DNA of 63,651 nt, filler included, from Choristocarpus tenellus KU-1152 (Eukaryota; Protista; Phaeophyceae), in assembly GCA_964200185.2 (NCBI GenBank). It is 10 parts of 10 records of this genome, joined end to end, with 100 filler letters (N's around TTAATTAATTAA, not from the genome) between each part and the next. Parts side by side here need not be neighbours in the genome. Positions count along the whole stretch, not along the records: positions 1 to 5,453 come from CAXNAD020010729.1; positions 5,554 to 25,290 come from CAXNAD020000445.1; 8 more parts are not named here. One strand, written 5' to 3'. Positions 1 through 13,700 of this stretch are shown piece after piece (positions within the stretch are counted from its first letter, which is position 1; each line of letters begins with the position of its first letter). Under the pieces are notes generated by a model, which had not been told where the DNA came from, searched no databases, and saw nothing but the letters and a program-made list of their open reading frames with translations. Position numbers and translations under genes: made by a program.

Positions 1-497
1 CACATGACGCTGCGGTTGAGGGGAGGGGAATGCAGAGACGAGGGGGTTGGGGGGGGGGGGGAGGCAATTACAATGGAGGAGGGCAAGAGGATACTAGGGG
101 CGAGCAGCAGGGGTCTAGGCCTCAGTTGGCCACAACCCGTGGTAGACGGGCAGGGGAGGATCGTCCGACAGCTGCACGAAATTCATTTGTCATGCCTCTC
201 CCCACCACTCCTGTGCAGCACACGACCCCTCAAGGGGGATCAGTGGTGACTCAAAAATCTTCCAGTAGCAGGCCGCTACTGGTGACACAAAAGGATGCTG
301 TGAGCAAGGTGCATCTAGTTCGGTGGTTGAGTACTTGCGCTTGACGATGTTTGAGCACAGTGCTTCATTTTCGTGTGCCCTTTGTTGTTGTCCCATCTGT
401 TGTACCGCATTCACTAGTTCAAGTCCCGCGTTCTCGACTGAGTTCAAGATGCCCTGATTGTCTCTGTCCTTCCCATAGCCATAGTCGTAATCCTATG

Positions 498-692
498 AAA
501 CGCCTGTCCACTTTACTGAAGTCCTTTGGATACTGTAGTAATAATATTTACGCACACTTTTGATGAGTGTGACCGTTTGTCCTTCCCATTGCCGTTGTCG
601 TAAACTTAAGAACGCCTGTCCACTTTACTGAAATTCTTCGGATACTGTAGTGATACTACTTACGCACACTTTTGCAGTGTGTGACCGTTTGT
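498..692. repeat. Two ~85-bp direct repeats
   Basis: AACGCCTGTCCACTTTACTGAA...GTGTGACCGTTTGT at ~499 and ~611. Confidence 0.85.
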
Positions 693-1298
693 TTATACCT
701 GTTGCAGTTTGTGCTCAATGTATATATTTACCACTAACCACACCATGGTAGTGGTGACATCGGTTGAAAGCTGTGCTGTACTGTGACCTGTAAGCTACCT
801 CCTTCGCTGATGTCGACCATGCCAGGATACCATCGGAGGGAGGGCTGTGAAAAGCAGTGGCAACTGTGGTGACATGACAGGTAGTGGAATGCAAAGCAAC
901 CGTAGTAACAGCCAGGGGCGTAGACAGAGAAAGGGTATCAAACCTTTTCAGGGGCAGGAGCAAGGGGAAGGACAGGGTCGAGGGCGTCAACGTGTGCAGA
1001 AGGAACAGAACGTTTCTACCTTGAGGATGAAACAACGGACACAAAAGAAGGGAGGGGCTGGGGTAGGTCCAAGCGGGGTGGCATTGGCCCGTGAGGCAGA
1101 AACATCGATCACAGGAGGGGACATGCTGACCCCTGTCCTGAGGCGACTCACGCACAAGACACTGTATGAACATCAAGGGGTATTAAGTGAGAGGAAGCCA
1201 CAGAGGTGAGGGCCACTCTAGTGGATGGTGTGAGGTGTGAGATGGATGTTGAATAGCTTGTTCTTTTGCAACTAGAGAGCTGCTGTGTGTTGTGCTTT

Positions 1299-1336
<38 letters not shown>

Positions 1337-2518
1337 TGTTTGTGTGTGTATGTTTTTGTGTGTTAAAACCTATTTCTGCTTTGAATTTGGTATGGATGGC
1401 ACCTTGTTCTCGATAGGGTAGTTGTGTTACCTGTAGGAGGGTGATTTGTTCTCTTTGGTAGTAGGGTTAGGGATAGCAGGTGCACTATGTCTTTGAGGAG
1501 CAAATCTACACTGTTGTCTTTTGTCTTTTGCTATGAATTACGACATTGCTGAAATTATTCAAACCTTTTTGTATTGTTTGAACTCCGATTTTGTATAAAA
1601 TCACTGAAAACACCTACTTTTGTTTCCATTTTGTGTCTGGGAATGTGAAAAACAATAATAATAATAATAATAGTGATGCTTGTATTGCTTCACGTGTAAG
1701 TATTTCGAACCTTGGACAATGTAACCGTCATACAAGACAAATCGACGTTTTAGTGTTGAAGCCATCACAGCATTTTCCAGAGACGGTCAGGAGCAAATGG
1801 CCAGGAGCAATGTCTTGACAACATTAGTTTTATGGCACACTGGCTTGACCACTTTCCTGACAACAGAAGATAGACTGTATATTCCCCCTGAATGTTTTGT
1901 CAGACAATGGATGTTATGAGTGAGTGTTTTGTGGGATAATGAGTGTTATGAGTGAGTGTTTTGTGGGACGTTGCAAGGTGCATGACCCCAGGGGTTGTCT
2001 CGGATGTCGGATGTGCACCAAATAGTTGTGGACATCATCCAGGCAAGTGATGTTAATGTCAAATTAATCAACCATGAGTGTTGCTCTGTACAACGTACCT
2101 TATACCTTATACCTTATACGAGCAAGGTAGCTACTCCCGATTGGTAGGTTATTTTGTACAGGTTAGAGAGAAAGTATACAATAGGTGTGTTCAGTAAATG
2201 AACCCGTGACAAGTGCAAAGCCCAGTCCGGGTGTCCTAACCCTAACCCTAATTGTCCTTTGATTCAGTTTAGCATACTTAAAGTTGAGATATTCTTCGTG
2301 TCAATGCTACACACCTTGGAGAACATAACACTCAACACTATGTTATGCCCTATAACACTGACGGTGTAAAAACATTCGTAGCACTATGTGGTGCTTGTAA
2401 AACTAGGGTCCAAAACACGTACAACATATGTTGCCATTTTAACTAGCACAAGTTATGCGGTGGCACACACTCTAATGTGGTAACATTGTGTTACAAGACA
2501 ATGTAGTGTCACGGCTTA

Positions 2519-2793
2519 GAGTCAAAGTATCTTAGAGGGTAGAGCTGCGTCCATATTGGGACCCCAAAAAAAAAAATGCGATTTTGAAGTATTTTTGGCT
2601 ATTGTGTTTGTTAGGAAGTGTCAATATCCTTGTTCCGGACACACCTTTTCATAATGTATACATTTTACCAACTCCGAAACGTTTTGGAGTCAGTAAAATG
2701 TCATAAAATACCCATAAGAAGCCAAGCCCTAAACGGGCAAACAGGGCAAAACTCGCACATAACATAACATAACCCTCTAAGATGCTTTCACTC
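2519..2793. mobile_element. MITE family A (Sola2-like), TSD CTTA
   Basis: TIR GAGTCAAAGTATCTTAGAGGGT / ACCCTCTAAGATGCTTTCACTC; 4-bp CTTA on both sides. Confidence 0.9.
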
Positions 2794-4955
2794 CTTAACG
2801 TTCTCCAAAGGGTTATGATCGCACACCATCATGTTGTGCCGAAACATGCATCAGGATGAAGTTGAGGGTATCGCACTGCTTATCAACGGACTTGACAGAC
2901 AGTAGTGTCTCTCATCGTTTTATTCAATTTGTTGTGTGGCATTGACTTTGATGTGCTTTGACAGGTCAAGGCGTGCTATCACTTCATTCCGTTGATGTAT
3001 TGTGACATCCGATTTAGATTCCCCCCTTAACCGTTATGATACTTTTTGTTGTGTTTTGTTATGTCACTGCAACGAAGATATGTCATAACTTTGCATTTCT
3101 TTTATTTCAGTGATATTTAACACAGAGTGTTGAAGCATGATGGCACAATATTGTGACAAAACGTGTGTGTTATGTTAAAAGGGCAACACTATGTAGTGCC
3201 CGTAACACTTACCACGATGATATATGCAACACGGCGTACATAACAAGTTGCGAAATGTTAACACATAGTGTTAACAAAGTGTTAACATAGAGTGACAAAA
3301 GGGCAATATTGTTCAAGGTGTGCAATGCTACTTGCTGGACTCCATGTCCCTGGCACATCTGGGGCAAAACATGTTAGGGTATGGATATCCTTTCCCTGTA
3401 CAAACTCCTTATCATCCTTATCCTTCTCTCATCTTGCCTTGTCCACCCTCTCTTGCTCTGTATCAGCATCAGGGGAACTTTCTATGACGTTCTGCGGTAA
3501 CTATGATGATGAGATGAGGGTCCTAGACTCATAAACATGTTCTTACACTCTACTATCGAACTCATAGGTCTAGTACAAAATCACAGAATGCTGTATATAA
3601 TATTGAGTGAAATCTGTAGACATTTTTCAAAACCAAAAACATTTTCAGAACTATTCTTGACTACAATTCGTAGAACTAAAGTGGTCGGAATTGTGTACAT
3701 ATTTTCTCTTCCCGTACGATACTGGCGATGTAGCGATGTAGGCTTTTTCCACAGCTGGTAATTTTTTTGTTGGAAGAAAATGTCGGAAAATTCTACCTGT
3801 GTGGCATCCTCTTCTTGTCATAGTACATAGTTTTAGATCGACGTCTTTAAAATTCCCCTGATGGTGATACAAGCATGAGAGTCAGAGAGAGAGGCAGGGG
3901 TGGCAAAGAGATTGCCAATACTGGCCAAGATCGTCCAAACATTATATACAGTCATAGAGCAAACACCCCGAATGTTGTCCTGACATAGGAAGCTGTGTGC
4001 TTGGAGAGTTCCATTGTCTGAAGTGTGTAGGGTTTGGTGAGAACCTGCTTGGGAATGTTAACTCCACTATGGATGTATGCTGTTCATGGTGGCGGTTTTC
4101 TCTGTTTGCGGCATGCTAGGTAGTGGTGACGTCTATCACACAGGATCGGCTCATCACCCCAGTGTGACATATCTGTCACCTGCCTATAATGATATCATTA
4201 CAGTGTAATTGATGAGCACTTAGGGTTACAAAGTGACTACATTGTTTGGCCAGGTTCAGAATAACTGCTTTTGCACTTCTTGGTTTGGTATTCCTTTACC
4301 ATTATGACTTCAAAAATGGTAACATCCCCTCGGATAGTTTTAGAATTTAAACAATACTTCGTGTGCAACAGCTGGAAAATGCCTGTAACAAACAATAGGT
4401 GGTCTTGTTGTTCTTAATGCACCATGCCAATTGCGATTTTATGTCTTCTGTGTAGAAAGAGAGCAACTTCCTTACTAAGCTTCATCCAAGAAAACGATCC
4501 AGCATGTGTAACTGCCTTTATACACTCTTCCCCTGAATGTAGTAAACACTGTAGTATTATAGTACAGTGCATAACAATAGAAGAATGAGACATTCATATT
4601 ATCCAGAGGGGACATATTGTAGATAATATTGTATGTCTAGTGCATGTTTTGCATGTGGTTCAAAATGATATTCTTAGGTACACCCTGGAGCAAACTGCGA
4701 ACAGCATAGCATAGAATACACCCTCATCTATGGGTCATAAAGAGGTGTAATGTTTTAACCAAAGTACCACACCCCAAAGTATCGCCTTCATTAGGAACCC
4801 ACTTGACCCAGTCCTCAATGAGCAAATTTGAGGGTGGTCCATTGCATGGGAACATTTTTCCTCACCACCCCATTAGCTCTTCTTAAAAAATCTTTGGGTC
4901 GTCATCGTGGATCTTTCAAATACTACTACATGATTATTTTCTCCTATCATCCCAG

Positions 4956-5076
4956 GCGTGGCGCCAAGACCATGATAAAACAAAGTTCCCGTTCAGCGGA
5001 ACAGCCCAGGCTGCAACAGAAGAGAAGTCAAGGGTGTGATGGGGCTTTTGATGTTTCTTCTTCAGCCCGAGTGCAG
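4956..5076 (+). CDS. Candidate exon, frame uncertain
   Basis: Pyrimidine tract plus CAG, GTGTGA donor, CpG-retaining patch. Confidence 0.25.
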
Positions 5077-5453
5077 GTGTGATACTTGTGCGCCATGTCC
5101 ATGTCACGACCTGAAAGAGACTTGTGTGCACAAACCCTAACTCTAACCCTAAGTGCACATGTATATAGATCTACAGAGTTATAAGGTATGTGAGATGCAC
5201 ACATTTGTTCGTTACACCATGGCACAGCAGTCAAACATCTCCTCTGTGATCCCCCTCCCATCCCCCTCAAGAGCTATGCTCATAAGCTCCAGGTCCATGA
5301 AACCCCATGCTTTCTGATTCCTTCGATATCCAAATCCCAGTAACATATTTGCACTCCTCTGTCACTTGCACCTCACCCTTACCACCTGCTCAAACCTGTA
5401 GCCCACCCCCCCCCCCTCCTTGTTCTTTGCACCTCCCCCTTTTTTTTCTTCCC

Positions 5454-5553
5454 NNNNNNNNNNNNNNNNNNNNNNNNNNNNNNNNNNNNNNNNNNNNTTA
5501 ATTAATTAANNNNNNNNNNNNNNNNNNNNNNNNNNNNNNNNNNNNNNNNNNNN
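5454..5553. other. Artificial contig spacer (also 25291-25390, 28601-28700, 37254-37353, 40417-40516, 46010-46109, 52803-52902, 56577-56676, 60018-60117)
   Basis: Identical 44 N + TTAATTAATTAA + 44 N, giving stops in all six frames. Confidence 0.98.
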
Positions 5554-7470
5554 TCGCGCATATGTATGCCCTGCGTTGGATTGCTTGCTTGAATAATTAG
5601 TGTGGTCGGTGGAGTCGTTTGACTGTCGATGGTGGAGGTGGTAGACTCTAAATTTATAGTTATGACAGGGACATTGGTGTCAAAGCACCATAGCCAGTAC
5701 CCGTCAAACCTATGTCCTCACTGTGTAAGATCCTTGTGATATATAGTGTTCAAAACAGTGTCAAGAAGAGCACAAAAAGTGGCCATTCATTTGAAACATT
5801 TTCTGCGTATCTTGAAGTTTTGAGTATTGACTTGTCAAAGATCCAGTTTCACCAATAAAACAGTGGGGCATGACTACGTTATACCATTGGTTGCATCTCT
5901 AAATTGGTTTTCTTCTGTAATAAGAATGATGAAGTAATGGTTATGAAATCAATCATACGCCAATCCCCACAGCACTGGAGTGTGCACGCTTTATTACCAC
6001 CCCATTCGGTGACTCGGTATGCCAATTTGAACCATGGAATGACCATTTTTCTAGGAGACCTTGGTACTAGCACCAGTGCTAATAATATCTTCTGGGAGAC
6101 TTAAGCTTGATGGCTGAACCTTTGGTGGTGTTTCTCTGTCTCTTTTCCTTAATGCCTTCCTTCTTGTGACATTTCTTCCACTTAAACCCCTCTTCTTTAC
6201 GAGGTATTGAACACAAGTTTGAGAGCTGTTCCTATAAATAATTATCAGAATTATTTTGAAACATACGTCAATATACTCCTCTGGGGGCGGCCTACCCAAC
6301 TTATGCAATGTGTGAGCATGGTGGAGAGGTGTAAAGAGTGAAGTGAGTGTCGTGCAGTTGATGTGAATTTGGCACATGGAGGAGAGAGGTTCAATGGTAG
6401 TGGTAAAATGGAGGTTTGAGGCCGATAGCCTTTTGATCTATTATGTATGGTATCAAGAATTTTGATCAAGATCAAGATCAAGGCCCTGCTGTCCTGCTAC
6501 TCTTTCCCAGCTTAATTTTGTTATTATAGTGATATACATGCCACTGGGAGGAGACCCAACACCAGTTTCATGTTTTTCTTTTCATGAGTCAATTTCCCCT
6601 GTATGCAGGTAGTACCCAGATAACCCTTGCAATGTTGTCCAGGTTCTCAGAAAAAAAAAATCAGAGGGAATCATTGGTTTCCTGGTCAAACAAGGTAGAA
6701 TAAGCTCAGATGAGACAGGTATGAATATTGGAGCAGTGCACCTGACTTCACAAGCTGAATCATTCCACCCTCAACCAACTTAAAGAATAGTCCTTAACTC
6801 TTGGATTGATATGTGCCACAACTGAAAATAGCTATAGCTCACAGCGGCAATAGGTTCCTCTTTACAAGAAAAGACCAGTATGCGGTTACCATTATAACTA
6901 GAACTAATGCTCCGCTTCACCTTCACTAAAACATGGCAAGATTTACGATTGTATCAGAGGACTACAAAAATAGTGCACACCATACATCAGGGATAGAGTA
7001 GTAGTAGTGTGCAGACAGGAAGAAAGCAGTTGTACGCGTATCCTATTTTCCTCATGCCCATAATTTAGATGGCATACATACACTAGTGCTGAGATTGAAT
7101 GTAGACCTACAAACAAGCAGGTAACCATACAATGCCACATCTTGGCGTAATATTCCTCTTACAATTCACTTTCCAGCCAATACTACAATAGACACCTTCC
7201 ACCATGGTATGGGCAATTTTGATGGTTGTAAGGCAAATATCAGGAGGATCTGTCGTGAGACTTATTTTTTCCTGCAGCTGATATTGCACTGGCATCACCT
7301 ATAATCTATGCATACTGTGGAGCAGCTGATTAAAGACCATTGAACGCTCAAGTTGGCACATTGCATATTTACACATCTATGATTACTTTGAGAGTCTTTC
7401 ATGACTCAATACCCTCCTAATTGTACCTGGTACTGACGTAAATATATCCTGTCCTTATCTACTGCTCATT

Positions 7471-7658
7471 TCAATCCAAATTGTCGACTATTGCTAGACT
7501 CTTACTCCCTGCTTCTACATCTGTGACTTCTGTGTATTCCTCTTCAACCACATTTGCCTCCCCATTTGGTAATACATTAGCACTACCACTGTCATTACTT
7601 TCAACACCCTCCACTACTTGTGCAGACACATTCCCCTCCTTAGCATTGCTCCCTTTGG

Positions 7659-7689
<31 letters not shown>

Positions 7690-7768
7690 CTTCTTCTTTG
7701 TGCTGACACCCTCTTCTTGCACCCACACAATATCACCATCAAAGCCCAATCCGTGAGCAAAAGTGGAC
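7471..7768 (-). CDS. SAPS-like gene terminal exon 12 (STFAHGLGF...poly-Lys...stop)
   Basis: CAG acceptor, phase fits exon 11, TGA stop at 7471-7473. Confidence 0.82.
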
Positions 7769-10700
7769 CTGGTATAGAGTGGAAATAATGGCACAGAGTG
7801 CAAATATGTAATAGCATAATAGTTGCGTTGGATGGTTTGCTGGTACTACTACACTCAAGTTAGCTCTACCTTATCCTCCCTTCACAAATTGGGGAAAAGA
7901 GATGGAAAATAATTCAATTATTTTGACTCCAAAGTACTACATATGAGTACACTTCACTTTGGGGAGGACAGGTACTCTAACTCTGCATCCAATTTTAATC
8001 ATGCCAATTAACTGCATACCCCTGTCACAGAACAAACCCATTGTTTATCTTTCCACACAATCCAGTTCAACTCTTAACGTCTTTCCTCCCAAGATTAATA
8101 TTGCTTATTACTGAGCACTTGTTTTGGTACAGACAACACACATCTGAGAACAAACCCTATTTCACAAGCATTATCAGTGTACATTCAGATGTAAATGCCA
8201 TGGAGAATTGAGCCCAAAATTTCCTTCATTGGTTAGCTGGAGTTGAAATCACAGAATTATGGCCATGTTACAAAAAAAAAGCGTACAAAAAATACAGTGT
8301 TTTCTTACAGTGTTTTCTTACAGTGTTTTCTCAACAAACTATTCCAGTCTACGCTTGGGCTACAAATCAAACCCAATTAGAGAAGGGGTGTTTTCAGTCA
8401 ATAGTTACACCTATCTAGATAGCTTCTTTTCCAGCACCAGCAACCTGCACACCACATCAGACAACATCCTTTGCATGCCTGTTATTGGCCTTGAAAAATC
8501 TCACCCATGGTCAATGCCATTATCTTCTGTAATCCCTGCTGATCCAAGGTTAGAGCTCATCACCTCTGCACCATCGATGCCATACTGGTTTATTGATGGT
8601 ACCTGCAGGGTAAGAACAATGAACCAAAACATATGAATCTACACAAACAATTCTCCATCCAAAATATGTCAAACACATTTGTCAAACACATTTGTAAAGA
8701 TGTCCATCACCAGTCCACATCAATAATAAATATAACACATGAGCTTGTGTCTTTGGACTAGCATCAACCTCAAGCACTATTTCTTGCAAGGGCCTCACCA
8801 ACACAACATGAGCTGAACCCAACTGACTTTCAAACTAGCTACATGTAGTACATTAAGGTTGGTCATAACCACGATGCGATATATAATGGTGGAGAGATGC
8901 CCTCACCGTGAATCCCAGTCCAGGGGTTAGCTGCTGCTCTGTTGCCTTTCGCAGTATGTGAACAAAATTTCTCCATGGTTGGTGGGAGGTCAAGTAAGCT
9001 CGCAAGAAGGATAAAGGAGGCAGTGTATCTGCCTGAAGTCGAATGACATTACACAGCTTCAGAATATAGCCTCGGTTGCCATCACTCTGGAGCAGGAGGC
9101 ACCACAGCATGCCAATCAATAGGGAAGGGGGGTAGGGAGCACGCATCAAGTTTGGGCAACAAAGCACATATTCATACAATTATTGTGAGACACTCAGTAA
9201 GAAATATTGCACTATAATTGTGTGCTTCATTTCACCAAAATTTTGTGAACATACTTCTCCATTGTAACCCACTTTTTAATATCGGGGGTTAACTTCGTCT
9301 GACTATTCAGCACACAGTTCTGTGAACCAGACTGGTCTACACCTCAGGCACATTGCTGGTGAAACGAGGAGGAGAATGCCCTATCAACACAGGAGGATGC
9401 TGTTTGATCCATCAACGTCACAGGAGGACCAACACAAGAGTACAGCAGACTAATCTGGATAAGGAACCTGCTATTATGTTGAATAAATCTTTCACATCAC
9501 ACGACTAGGACTGTTTTAGGTCATGTGCATTCTGGAGAAACAGATTGAAACTTGATATAACAAGAGAGTCACACAATGTCCACAATTGCCTACAAACATA
9601 CACAAAATGCTTTGCACCTGTCTTACGTCACAAGGCTCTATTAATGGAAGGAGATCATGCAACAAAGAGCTAAATCCCACCCGAAAGCTCTTGCCCAACA
9701 AAAGGTTAGATTTGTAGGTTTGATCAGCCTTCTTCACTCTTGTGCCTTGTCTCTCCAAACCTGCATACTCTAAAAACAGCCCCATCTGCTAACCTTTTGG
9801 GTGATATGGTGATAGCTATAGTGTAAAATCCATTATGTGAAATTAGATAATGTGAAATTAGATAACTCACCACGATAGGAATACTCCTTTCTCCCTGGCA
9901 GGAAGCATTTGAGTCAGACATTGCAAACGCAAAAACTACATTGTACATGGTACATGGTACATGTATCTCTGTAAAAATACTATCGCAGTAATTGGAGTAA
10001 AAGAATTTAAGATACCTCTATGTAAACATGCACATGATACAACAGACAAACATATCTATCTATTGCCTTTCTAAGCATTACAAGCAACTGCCGGATGATA
10101 AGAGTACTAAACAGTGACAGTTACACCTGAAGATGTAAAGCTACTCCACATTCCAATACAAATTGATAACAGCTTCTTAATCATACCCCAGTTTTCTCCC
10201 TTGCCATTCCGTAGTCTGCAATGTGCCCTGCCTACTACACAAATGTTACATGTAATAGGAGTACTACATGGTACATATTTATCAAGTCATTATAACCTCA
10301 CCTTGTCTCCAAGTGTGTACGCATCAACCAGTTGGGCAATCAGGCGTCCCTTGGTCATGGCGAAGGACATCGCCACCTCGTGATTACATTTCAGTGTTAC
10401 AAATATGAGCCTGTAGAAGGCAGCATGATAGAGATTGTTGTGCGGGTACTGGAAGAACCATGCACAGAGCACCTCCCACATCTCCGGTGGAAGTTCATCC
10501 AGTTGGAACCTATCTTGTTCTACAATCTCCACTATCAAGCCAACCAGCATGTATCGCAAGAGCGTGAAAGGTTGTTTTACCTTATACCCTGGGTGAAACA
10601 CCGAAGTGTTCACTTCTCCATCTTCACCCAACCTTGCCTCTTGCCCTGTTAGTTGACAGATAGTTGACAGAGTACACAATGTCAGGTAGACAGAATAGAA

Positions 10701-13700
10701 CTGACTGCACTGGTCATTCTTAAGCATACAACAGCTTACTCAATCATATTTACAAGCACCCGCGTAGCAAGGGATCATGGGGGTTGCTTGATTCAGAGGC
10801 ATAGTGAATTCTTTCACTTGAGTAGTAAATAGTATGAGCAATGCCAAATATAAATCTACACTTAAGAGTTGTTTGCAGCTGCTCTGTGTTTTGACTGTCA
10901 AATTATGAAGATGTGTCATTTTGTAAAATGATAACTAGTCCACACAGGTCCAGTTGCTCTTACCTTGTGTTTCATGGGATTTTTCACAATTCATTACTGC
11001 CTTACAGAGGCTTGGTAGCCATGTCTTCAGCCTCGAGTGGAGGAGATCTCTGACAGAGTTAAGTCGATTAGGCACAACAGTGGTGCTGTTCTGTACATAA
11101 GATGACTTCACACAACACAAGAACAGTGGACATGAGAATAAGAAGAGGTAAGTAGGGTCAGGACTCAACAAAATCACACTTGAGTACAGGGTGGATAATT
11201 GTGTGGCATGTCACAAAAGTGTAGGGACAAGCTGTCAATGGATCCTCTGAGGTTGTCTATTGTTCAGTCATGTAAGAGTCAGTGACCAGTCCTCATCTTG
11301 TAAAATGTTGGTATGGGAATTTGCTGTTGGACTGTGTAACTTTGTTCTCCTCTTTGACAGCTATTTTCCTTGTGTTGATAGCAACCTCAATACAACCAAC
11401 ATAATGCAATGGAAAGTGGTTGCAATATCCCTTCAATATCCCTTCACATAAACCATATACATTTTGTAACATCATTAAGATGTCAATGAACCTACACAGC
11501 ACATCACCACTGTACCACTGTTCCGTGTAGGTCACTCGACATACTACTGATTTATTTTACAAAAGCAAGACCCAAAGCTTTTTACATCCCTCTATTTCAA
11601 ATACTGGCTGACCAGAGCCCATCTTCCCATTTGCTTGTACAAGCCTAGGATGGGGCACTCCATGGTGTCACCAAAAATAGGTCATTTTTCCCAGCGCAAG
11701 CAAAGAGGTTGCCTACTTGTATATAATCTTGTAATTGTAATCTTGTAATTGTCATGCTCTCTCTCCACCAATTCCATTTTGACAACTCTTTGACTACCAT
11801 CCTTGTCCCCAGAGTGATTTGAACTCAGGATGTTTATACTGTAAACTCCAGAGTATTGAGGTACACCACACAGCAATCCATTGCATACCTCACTAGAACT
11901 GCTCCTAAGTTTGCACAAGTCATCTATTAATACGATCATGAGAGCTAGCAGCCTCAGCCTGACCCCAGGGCACTTCCTCTCAACACTGCATCAGATAAAG
12001 CTACATTACTGGGTCTTGTTTTAATAAATATTGTATTGAGACAAACTCTGCCTTCCTGATATTTCCCTCTCAAAAACAAGTTTGTGCACTACCAACTTCA
12101 ACATTGACTTCAACATTGACTTCAACATTGACATATTTTTAAATACTTCCGAGTATTATTTTATTACAACTTAACTGTTGCACATGTTGACATGGGAGAC
12201 AGAACCATGTGTAACATACAAGGGAGGCAACACAATGAATCCAACACAATGAATCCAACAACCGGGTCTGTTTTACTTCCAACTCAATCCACATGCACAA
12301 GTCTACATAGATCGCCATCACCCTGCAACCTACTGATGCTATTCACACTCTGCTGAGAACTGCTGACAGTCTTCAAATTGCTCCAGCAAGAAAGCTGCAC
12401 ACATTCAAAAGAGGCTCATCAAGTAAACTAATAAGTAATACTCCAACCACAGCCCTACAAATATGGTGTGAGAAATTCTCCCAACAAACACATCACCCCA
12501 GGGATCAATTATGACACTGCATACCCCCGAAATACCAGCAGACTAACTTTAGGTTGTACATGGTACTAATAACTAACAACAATGAACACTATAGAAGGTA
12601 TACAAAAGTGAGTATCTTAATATAAATATTACTATGATTGGCAAATGAAAATATAATCCTACCATATAATGTTAACATTAATACTACACTCTTGTACTCC
12701 AGTAGAAAACTATACTTTGATATCACCACTGTAGCATATCCTTAGCATACCTGGTTTGTGTTTGGACAAATAATATTTTCCTCTCTGGCTCCCTCAACAA
12801 TACCCAGGAGAGTACGAGCACCATCCGTACGTTGCTGAAGGATCAACCTTTCATTGGTTGCCATAGATGCCAAACCATCTACAATCTCTGGGCAGTAACC
12901 AATGGGCTGAAGAAGGAGTTCTCCATTACTGTCTTTTGATAACCGGTCTATCACCTGAATCACACAAAAGCAGCAAACAAACATTTAGTTGGTCAACACA
13001 CTAAGACATACACCTCCCTACACAACTTATCACAACATGATCTAAGTACTTGTCCTACATGACTCTCATCATCCACCATACACATCCACCATACATACAG
13101 ACAAATTCACTGCTCCTGATTTCATTGCCACACTAATGTTGAGCTATCACAACAAGAATCTTCCAAGCACCTTTGGGACAAAATAGGGTACAGCATGTAG
13201 AAAACCTACCTTGATCACCCCCACCCACCTGGAGAAACAAGTCAGAGCAAGCAGACACATGCTCAACACCACCACTTGGGTTGAACATAATCTCAGCCAC
13301 TCTAAGCAAAAAACGCCAATCTGCTAGACCAGAGTACAGCTTCCACTTGCTTGGTGGTGATGTCTGTGTGGAAGCAGGGATGGATCATCACAGATGCTCA
13401 AATACTGTCATGAGACACTGCATGCAGCATGTACCTTGTTGCACCCTTTCATTACTAGGTACCACACCACCCACATCATATTAATACTAATAGACACAAG
13501 AGGATATACACATACTTTTCCTGGGATGCACAGTAGTAGCAATCAAAAATGTGAGAGGGGTCTAAAGGGCCTGCCTGAGGAAACACCGCAAAAATCCTTT
13601 TTGTGAGATATGATGTGAGATATGATGTGAGATATGATGTGAGATATGATGTAAGATATGATGTGAGATATGATGTGAGATATGATGTGAGATATGATGT

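Noticed and set aside
4-1209. G/Q/R-rich ORFs as genes
   Set aside because: Low complexity with no domain; possibly a gag-like remnant but unverifiable.
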